Assembly: GCF_009914755.1 (NCBI RefSeq)
Contig: NC_060938.1
Reading direction: 5' to 3' (one strand)
DNA length: 64,000 bases
From: the human T2T-CHM13v2.0 reference genome, Homo sapiens
Shown here: in pieces, positions 53,956-64,000 of the stretch
How positions within the stretch are numbered: the stretch's first letter is position 1
How the letters are laid out: each line of letters begins with the position of its first letter
Program-made: the position numbers and the translations under genes
Notes under the pieces: model-generated
What the model was told of the DNA's origin: nothing
Databases searched by the model: none
The model's input: only the letters and a program-made list of their open reading frames with translations

Positions 53956-56125
53956 GTGATTATATTTGATCAAATTTTGTAAACAATAGCCTTCTATGGA
54001 ATGAATTAGCAAGTAATTTTTAATTTACTTGTAAAGCAGAGGTCCCCTCACCTCCAATTAGAAAAAAAACAAATCTCTGTCTTCACTTGCGGGACCTCTT
54101 AAAATGTGTTTTTTACCATTTACAAGATCCTGCACTAAAGCATCAATGTCCGTGTGGAAAGAAAGCTATTGGAACTCTAGTAAGAATGTCTGTAAGTTCA
54201 ATGTGACAGAGGAACTGAACACTGCCAAGATGTTTGCATTGCAAGGCCACATGAAAAGGCATCTTCTTTCCTTTTAGCCAGCATGTTTCAGCATCCCCAC
54301 TGTCTGCCAAGATTAATAGAGGTGTAAAAGCCTTGTGTTCAACACTGAGTCTATTTATTAAGGAGGAGGATAGAGAGAAAGAAGTGCTGGGAAGTTATTG
54401 AGAAGCAGAGTTGTTCTGTTGCTGATAAAACTGAGAAAAAATATATTTTTCCCACTAGGAAGAAAGCAAAGATTAGCTACACAGACTGATGTTTCCACTT
54501 TTATCTAAAGGCTGTACAGATATGTTTACTAGCATGATAAATGAATAAAACATTCACCAGGGTGGGGGGCAGGAGTGGCAGAGTAGCAGTAGCATAGGTA
54601 TTTCTTTCTTTCTAAAAAGAAAAATGATGTTGGCTCCCAAAATGTCACAAGGTGGCTTCAATCACTGTATCTGTATTTCATCATTAAAACTGGAAAATGA
54701 ACCCATTGGCTAAACTTCTTGGCTCTCAGAAGGCATCCATTTACTACTAAACAGATTAATACGCTTACCTGGAGTGGGAGACAGATAGATTAACTATATG
54801 TAGATTTTACCATTAAAAACAACAAAATAAGTCTTTGTCCAAAAGAAGGGAGTTTCGTAAACATGGACTCTACATGGAAACATTCCAGACCTCAATCCTC
54901 CACATTTGAATCTAGTAGGATTTGCAGACAAGTATTGGCTAGCCATAACCACAATCCCGTTAGCTTTATGGCACAAGAGCAACACTATCCCAATTCTTCT
55001 GAGATCCTAAAACATTTTCACGAATATCATAGCTGCCAATGCATACAAAGAAATGATCAAACAAACAAAACAAAAAATCCCAGCTCTCCCTCCAAAGAAG
55101 GTCACGGTTTCTCTTTGTTTTAAAATAAAACACGAATAATATCCAAACCTTTCTGGCCTCACAAGGGTCACATTTCTTTAGATCTGGAAAAGAAGATGGA
55201 TAAATTAGTAATATATTGACCATGCTTTACTATCTCAAAATTAGAATACAGTTTGTCATAGATACATTCACAATTAGAATACAAATATGAGGGATTGTGC
55301 AAGAAAATCTCAGACATACGGTGATCTCAAACTGAGATCTTTCAATCCAAACACATCATTTTATTTTAAAGGAGGAAACTGAGGTGAATGAAGTAGCTGC
55401 TTATGAACTAAGTTGAAAGGAGAAATCATCTACGAAGACCCTATTCGGTGCTTTCTCTCCTCTCCACCTTACACCAGAGTGGGGAAAAGATCCGAGTACC
55501 AATGTCATGAATATATCAAGTAATCAGAGCACCAGGGAGAAGAAAACAGCATTCACAGCTAGAGAAAATGCAAAGGTAGCACTGCATGTAAATACAAGAA
55601 AGACTAGAATAGTATGATTTGCTTCTCAGGCACAGCAGGGAAATTATCTAAGAGGATGTCAAAAGTATGCAAATGTGATTGAGTGCTGAATGCAAAGGAC
55701 CCAAGACAATCTGAGAAGCTGGTGGTTGGGGTCTCAATGAACTCCTCATCTACAGGACTAAGAGGAAAGTTGTTCTTCCTGCTCAGGCATTTGTAAGGGC
55801 TGATGAGTATCAGAAAAGGTCAGTAGATACAAAGGTGTTTGTCATTTTATACTTACTTTTCCAATTCTCCTTCAAAGATTGAAAATATCTCCATTGGAGA
55901 GGCATTATGTTTTTCCCTTTGCAGATTCTTGCAGAAAGTCAATTTTTTAAGTCCTTTTTGACCCCAGTAATATTCTGCACTGGAACGTATTCGTGATTTT
56001 CTTGTCATATTTTTCAAGAAGAGAATAGGCTCTGAATAAATATTGTTAGTTGCCTTAATGCTGGGGTCCAGTTATTTAGATTTACAAAAACCTTGAGCCA
56101 GAAGGTGGCTTAGAGATTATTAGCC

Positions 56126-56348
56126 TAGTAGGTCTCAAGCAGGAATGACTTTTCCCCCATTTCCCCAGGAAACATTTGGCCAAACCTGGAGGCATTTTTG
56201 GGTGTCACAATTGAGTGGGAGTGGTACAGCATCTAGTGTGAGAGGCCAGGAATCTACTAAACATCCTACAATGTAATGCACAGGACAGCCCTTTACAACA
56301 AAGAATTAGCCGCCAATTGTCAGGAGTGTCTAGGCTGAGAAACTCTTC
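56126..56348. mobile_element. MER20 (hAT-Charlie) DNA element
   Basis: acatttggc...ctggaggcatttttgggtgtcacaa...ctaaacatcctacaatg...cacaggacagccc...gctgagaaactc. Confidence 0.85.
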
Positions 56349-57354
56349 TGAATGATTTTATTTTATAAACAAGTATAGGGTTGCTCAGTGAGGTGAAGTC
56401 ATATCTCATGATATAGAGCCCAATCCTGAATACCTGTGTCGTGACTCTCTTTGTAGTGCTCTTTTATGTAGCAAGTGGAAGTACCATATGCTTTGTTAAT
56501 TCTTTGGACTGGTTCAGATTTTCTATTTACAATTCTCAACATTTTTAAGAGGAATGAACTCCATCCAGTCTGTTCTCTCAGTTGGTTAAGCATCCCTGAA
56601 AAATGATTCATTGCCCTTCTTTTTAAAAACATGTAAGGAATATTAAGGGGATTATGTTATACACCGTGGCCTTGGTAGGTTCTTACGAGCATCAAGTGAA
56701 CATGAATACTGAAGCAATCATGGGCTAATTTGGGGGCCTGGAGAAAATTATATAAGCCCAAAATATAGAGTGAACTTTTCTCAAACTTAAGAAAAGTGCC
56801 TTGAGAGAGAGAGAAAAAAAAATCTTACCTTCTCAAAACAACAGGAGTAGGGAATGTTGACTCAAAGTTAATTCTCTAGAAGGTTTTTCATAACCAAACT
56901 TTCATAAGGCACAGTGTCGCTTCCTTCCTATCGCTTCTTTTTGGCTTTCTGTGTGGGGAAGATAAATATACAACTCTTTTTATCGTTGGAACTTGAATAA
57001 CCACTTTTCCTTGGTCGGCATGTGGCCCCAAAACTGTGTAAATTATTAGTTGTTTAAAGAAGACTGAATCTCAACAAAATTATACTATTAGAGGTTTCAA
57101 AAAACTAGATCTCCGATCTAAATTTCCTGGATTTGGGTGACCTTATACTTCCGGTTATATTAAAATCATATAGGTCTAAAGGCATTCCCTCCTGTAAAGA
57201 TTTAACACATTTAAGCAAATTCACACATTCCCTGGTGCCTCATGGTCCAAGGTTCTTCCAGGTATCAACTTGTTAAATTAGAAAGAGAATAATTTGTCTT
57301 CTGTTTTGTTTTTCCCTGAGAGTGACTCCTGAATATTATCTAGTCTTCCTTCTT

Positions 57355-57653
<299 letters not shown>

Positions 57654-57978
57654 TAGTCTTCCTTCTTAAAAGATTATAATTGGCCCCCATTTTAGCCTTA
57701 TTTTAGCTTTTAAACAAAAGCATCGATCATTCACCTAAAACACATATCCCTAGTAAGTGTACTGATTTATCTCTTTCCCAATAAACTAGCTGTCCCTAAT
57801 TATTTATAATTAGTTTTCTGCAGAAGGTATTATTATTTAATTTTGGAATCATGGCATTTGCATAGTTTTCAAATTCTCTAAAACACTTTCTTTTTGAAAG
57901 GCTGTGTATAATTTAACTAATCTACTTCTGCCCCAATGCATAATGAACTAAAAATGTTTTTGATTACAATAATCCCAT

Positions 57979-58914
57979 TGATAGGGACTGGGGTCAGAGA
58001 AATTCTAGACAGAAAACAGCAGGTCCTTGGTGAAACTCTACCCTCAAGCTGAAAAGCCTAAAACCATGGCCCCAAGTGTGAAATTATATCCCTGTTTTCC
58101 CACTCAAATGTTGTCTTTTCCTAAACCACCTACCACATGCTGTACCTATAAAAACCCCAGACTCAGCCTGTAGATGGGACTATGGCTGGACGTCAGAGAG
58201 AAGTGCCTTGACTTCAGAGGGACAGCTAGACAGAATACCTTCAAAGAAGAATCAGACCAGAGATGGCCAGACTTCAGGGGAAGATTACCTACACACCCCA
58301 TCCCTGTTTTAGCTCCCCTTCCTCTGAGAGCCACTTTCATAGGCAATAAAATCCCCCACATTTACCATCCTTCAATTTGTTTGTGCAACCTCATTTTTCC
58401 TGGATGCTGGACAAGAGCTCAGGGGCCATGAATGCAGATACAAAAACCTGTTGCACTGGCCTTTTGCCCTCACTGGCAGAGGGCAGCCATCTCAGTGAAA
58501 AAGGCAAAGGGTCCACTGAGCTGTTAACACTTAAGCCGTCGGTGGATGGCAGAGCTAAAAGAGCACTGTAACACTCCCTCTGGGGCTTCGGGAGTTGCAG
58601 GCACCCACACCTGGATGCTGCCACAGGGCCTGCATGGAGTTCGCTCCTGCTGGTGCTAACGTATCTGGCTGGTTCCTGCACCTGCTCCCCTGTGCGCTCC
58701 CTCCCATGAAGGGTAGAATGCAGTGGGTCCAAGTTAGTGGAGTTTGATCCCAGTGGCACCAAAGTGGCCAGTCAGTTCCAGCACTCGTTTACTCCCGTTT
58801 CCATACTCGTTAGTTTGTGCACTCCTTCCCGCAAGGAGTTGAGAGTGGCGGGCTGAATAAACAAGGCTCCCCTGTCACGAGTCTTGCCAAGGGCCTAGGA
58901 AATATCCTGCTTCA
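57979..58914 (+). mobile_element. ERV1 solo LTR (LTR9/LTR27/LTR28 group)
   Basis: TG...CA ends with 4-bp TSD ccat; cctataaaaacccc TATA near 58147; AATAAA near 58345. Confidence 0.85.
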
Positions 58915-59127
58915 CCATGATACGCACGGCATTGATATTGTGTACCTTAACCCAAAAATCTTAGGCCTGGCAAACACAGAGAAGAGACATATAGAATAAT
59001 AGCTACCTATTGATAATCCAAACATAACATAAAAATATGTGTCCCTAGTGGTGTTTTATCTCTAACAAGGATTAAATGCTTTCTCCTAAATGAATGTCAT
59101 TATGTTTCAAAAGTTTGCTAATTATTG

Positions 59128-59451
<324 letters not shown>

Positions 59452-60771
59452 TCAAATGCATCCAAGATTTACAACTCCAAATAAACATTCAGTGTTAGAA
59501 CTGGTCAGCAAAATGAAGATGTATTTTTATGAAATGCATCAAGGGTCATTTGCCTATAAACTATGTGACGTCAGTATCCCATATATATCGTGTGTTGCTT
59601 TATTTGATAAAGTTGTTAACATTTATTTTATTACTTATCTCAGCTTTCATTCATGACTCCAGAGAGACCTTTCCTCACTGCTGTGTCTGAAGCAAACTCA
59701 CATTCCTGCCAACTTTCTCTAAGGATATTACACTGTTTACCTGCCTCTTCAAGATCCTTAGGCCTTACATCCCTGGTGCACTATTCTAACTCCGGTGCCA
59801 AACACGTAACAGCACTCAAGAAATGACTTGTTAAAGGAGTAAATCTGAATGTCCTATTTGATGTTGGGCCCTTAGAGGACAAGAGTAATATTTGTTACTT
59901 TGTGCATCTTTAGTGCCAAGCAAAATGTTCCACAAATATTTGGAGTACACTTAAATAGTTTCTCAAATAAATTATCACACTTGGAAAAAAACGTAATTCT
60001 TCTGAGCCTCTGTTCTCCTATATAAGACCTTGTTTGTTTGAAAAGTTAAAAACATTAAACAATAATAGATTTATTACTTTTTTTGTTTGTTGCAAAAATG
60101 TTATATGGTGTCTGAGTTAAAACATCACCTATAGAATGTCACCACTGCCTGCTTCCTAGACCCTACCTTCATCATATTAAATGTGGAGCAGTATCATTCA
60201 GCATGTTGAGCCTGGAGTCAGGCTGCCTTGGCTTAAGTCCCATATCTGCCCCTTAAAAGCTGTTGCCATCACATAAAATGTGTAACTTCCTTTGTGGGTA
60301 AGTTTTTTATCATCAAGTGGAAATAATGTGTATACCTATGACATGCAATTTACATATAAATATTAAAGAAGGAGTCAATATAGCTAAAGCATAGAATAAT
60401 ACATAGCACAAAATAAATTCTAAATGGGTAAACTAATTCTGAAAGCATTTCAGACAATGTTCCCACAGATATATAAGTAGGTAATTATGAGGCAGTTCCC
60501 ACATTTAGATTGTAACCCCATGAGGATTATTTAATTAAGAATTATCCTACCTTTATTCCCTCTGCTTCTTGCTCAGTGTCTGAAATATCACACATCCATT
60601 CAATGCAACAAACAGTCATTGAACTCTTATGTGCCAGTTACGATCCTAGGTGCTGAGAATCCAAAGAAAGTTGGTGCTAAAATATGTGTTCTTGTGAAGT
60701 TCACAATAAATGGAGAGGACAGAAAATAAACAGACCAAAATAATAGATGCAACAAATGTAAATGAAAAGTC

Positions 60772-61443
<672 letters not shown>

Positions 61444-62186
61444 AGTGTAAAATGAAAATGAATATGCTACCTGCAAGCTAAGAAGCTAGTCTACTTTGTT
61501 GGTGTGTGTTTGTAGCCATACCTGTGGGATGGTTGGGGTGAGGGTTAAGAATAGCGACAAGGGTGGAGGGGTGGGAGGAGGCTGGTTAGGCACAGCTTTT
61601 GCCAAAGGGGTGGCCACTAGATTAAATCATTAAGGATTAGCAGGAGATGAGAAAATGATTAATGGAGGTTTTTTGTTTTGGGAGGTATTTTTGGAAGTGG
61701 AAGCTTTGTGGAGGAGATGCTTCTCCAGGTGGAGCTAACAGCATATGTTAATATCCAGATTTGAAAACAGAGCATGACCCATTTCAAAACCCAATTCCTC
61801 AACTTTAAGTTACCATTAATGATAAAAAGATACAGCAGATTTGGTAACAATTTTCTGGGAGTAAAGATCATTAAATGTATGTTTTCAGTTTTTGTTTTTT
61901 ATTTTTAAAATGTTGGACAAGAGCATACATTTATCCTTTCAATAACTTTCCACTTTCTTACCTAGTGTTACAATCCACACTTGAGTTTACCCTTTCAACA
62001 TATTGATAGACCAAAAATCACTTTGGACATTTCTAGCTATATATATCCTAATGATCACACATTTTTTTTTTTTTTACCACTCTTGCTTATGATCGTATCT
62101 TACACACTTTTAAGATTGCGTACATAATTGTGAGGCACGCGGAAGAATACTGGTGCTTTTTTATTTCCTATTTGTTAAAATATGTA

Positions 62187-63332
62187 TAGTCATGCACTGT
62201 GTCATGATGTTTTGGTCAATGATGGACTGCATATAGAAAAGTGATCCCGTAAGATTACAATGGAGCTGAAAAACTCCTATCATCTAGTGACGTTGTAGCT
62301 GTCCATTGTCGTAACATAGCATAAGGCATTGCTCACTTTTTGTAGTGATTCTGTTGGAAACAAATCTACTGTGCTGCCAGTTATATAAAAGTGTAGCATG
62401 TAAAATTATGCACAGTACATATGCTTGATGATAATAACAAACGACTATGTTGCTGGTTTATGTATTTACTATACTATATATTTTATCATTATTTTTGAGT
62501 GTAATCTTTCTGCTTATTAAAAAAGAGTTAACTGTAAAGCAGCCTCAGACAGGCCCTTAAGGAGGTATTCCAGAAGAAGGCATTGTTCTCACAGGGGATG
62601 ACAGCTCTGTGCCTGTTACTGCCTCTGAAGACCTTCCGGTGGGACCAGATATGGAGGTGGAAAATAGTGATATTTTGATCCTAGTTGTAGGCTAATGTAG
62701 GAACAAAAGCTTATAAATTAAGGATATAAAGAAGAAAATGTTTTTGTACAGCCGTGTAATGTGTTTGTGTTTTAAGCTAAGTGGTACTATAAAAGTTAAA
62801 AGTTAAAAAAATGTAAAAAATTAAAAAGTGTATCAAGTAAAGATGTCACAGTAAGTAAAGGTAAATTATTATTAAAGAACATTTTAAAAATAAATTCAGT
62901 GTAGCCTAAGTGTACAGTGTTTATAAACCTTATAGTAGTGTACGGTAATGTCCTAGGCCTTCACATTCACTCACCACTCACTAACTGACTCAGTCAGAGT
63001 AACTTCCAGCCCTGAAAGTCCTATTCTTGGCAATGGCCCTATAAATGTGAACCTTTTTTAATATTTTATGCCATATTATACTGTATTTTTTAATGTTTAG
63101 ATACACATACACAAATACTATTGGTCTCCAATTGCCCACATTATTCAGTATGGTAACATGCTGTGCAGGTTTGTACCCTAGGAGCATTAGTCTATCCCAT
63201 TTAGACTAGATGTATAGTACCCTATGCCATCTAGGTTTGTATGAGCACATTCTGTCGTGTTCACACATTGAAAAAATTTCCTAACAATGCATTTCTCAGA
63301 ACATATCTCTATTGTTAATTGATGCATGACTG
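62187..63332. mobile_element. Tigger3b-like (Golem) non-autonomous DNA transposon
   Basis: Termini tagtcatgca.../...tgcatgactg flanked by TA; internal gtaagattacaatggagctgaaaaa and ggaggtattccagaagaaggcattg. Confidence 0.88.
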
Positions 63333-63679
63333 TATTTTCATTGCATTTTTTGATTTAATTAAATTATTAGCCTATAGAACTTGAATGTCTTCTCTTGAAA
63401 TTCAGGTAGAAGCTTTAGACAGATAACTACTCAAGGCCTGAATAATAACCCATCACAGCATATGCAGCATATGAACTGATTATACCAATGTTTCCAAGCT
63501 GTGAAAATTCTGATTAATTTGAGATATTACTTCATTTAATTTCATGGCTTAGCCTATAGAGACCCTCATTTATATGCAAAATAACTTTTTGTGTCAATGC
63601 TGTTGAATCTTTTTGAAGAGTTTTATTCAATGGGGAGGGATCCAAATTTAAGGTACAATTCAAATGGGTGGAGTTATTT

Positions 63680-64000
63680 TATCAGTCCAGATCCAACTGA
63701 GAGTGAGAAACCACAGAGTAATTTGAAAAGGGAAAGTTGAATATAAAGAATTATTAACTACAACAGTGGAGTAACTATAAGAAAGAAAAAGAGAACACTA
63801 AAGAATATTGGATGGCTGAGAGAGCGTACTCAAGGGAGGAACAACTTAGAAGGCAGAGTGGGGTGTGGGAAGGATCCCCAAAGCTGAGATTGAGATACTG
63901 TTATAGAAGGTGAGGTTGCAATTCACCTCACCTTCTATAGTGAAGAAGTTCTCTGGGTTGCCCAAACCAGAAATGTTTCAATCATCAGGAAATTAGAAAA
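63680..64000 (-). mobile_element. Probable ancient LTR fragment running off the window end
   Basis: tatcagtccagatccaa...gagaaaccacagagtaattt...taaagaattattaacta resembles antisense old ERVL-class LTR ends. Confidence 0.4.

Noticed and set aside
61526-61580. G-rich tract with G-quadruplex potential
   Set aside because: Irregular loops and no context suggesting function

Overview
AT-rich, CpG-depleted primate (probably human) non-coding DNA, consistent with a long intron or intergenic region; I cannot name the locus. No intact protein-coding gene can be supported: the listed ORFs are Alu-, L1- or LTR-derived or chance frames. Much of the window is interspersed repeat (about 12 Alus, a decayed L1PB, older L1M pieces, MaLR/ERVL/ERV1 solo LTRs, MER5A/MER20/MADE1/Tigger DNA elements, MIR/L2). 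The notable structures are: (1) a 422-bp, about 99% identical inverted repeat pair around a 1,337-bp spacer (43218-45398), the layout of a recurrent or polymorphic inversion; (2) an L1PB insertion that appears to carry a 3'-transduced MLT1 LTR cut at its own poly(A) signal and bounded by a degenerate TSD; (3) a roughly 450-bp AT-rich fold-back palindrome at 12578-13026; (4) a tailless, 3'-truncated 7SK retropseudogene with TSD; (5) a MADE1 hairpin of the miR-548 type. I found no evidence of a novel gene system. Repeat subfamily names come from remembered consensus motifs, and boundaries without a TSD are approximate.
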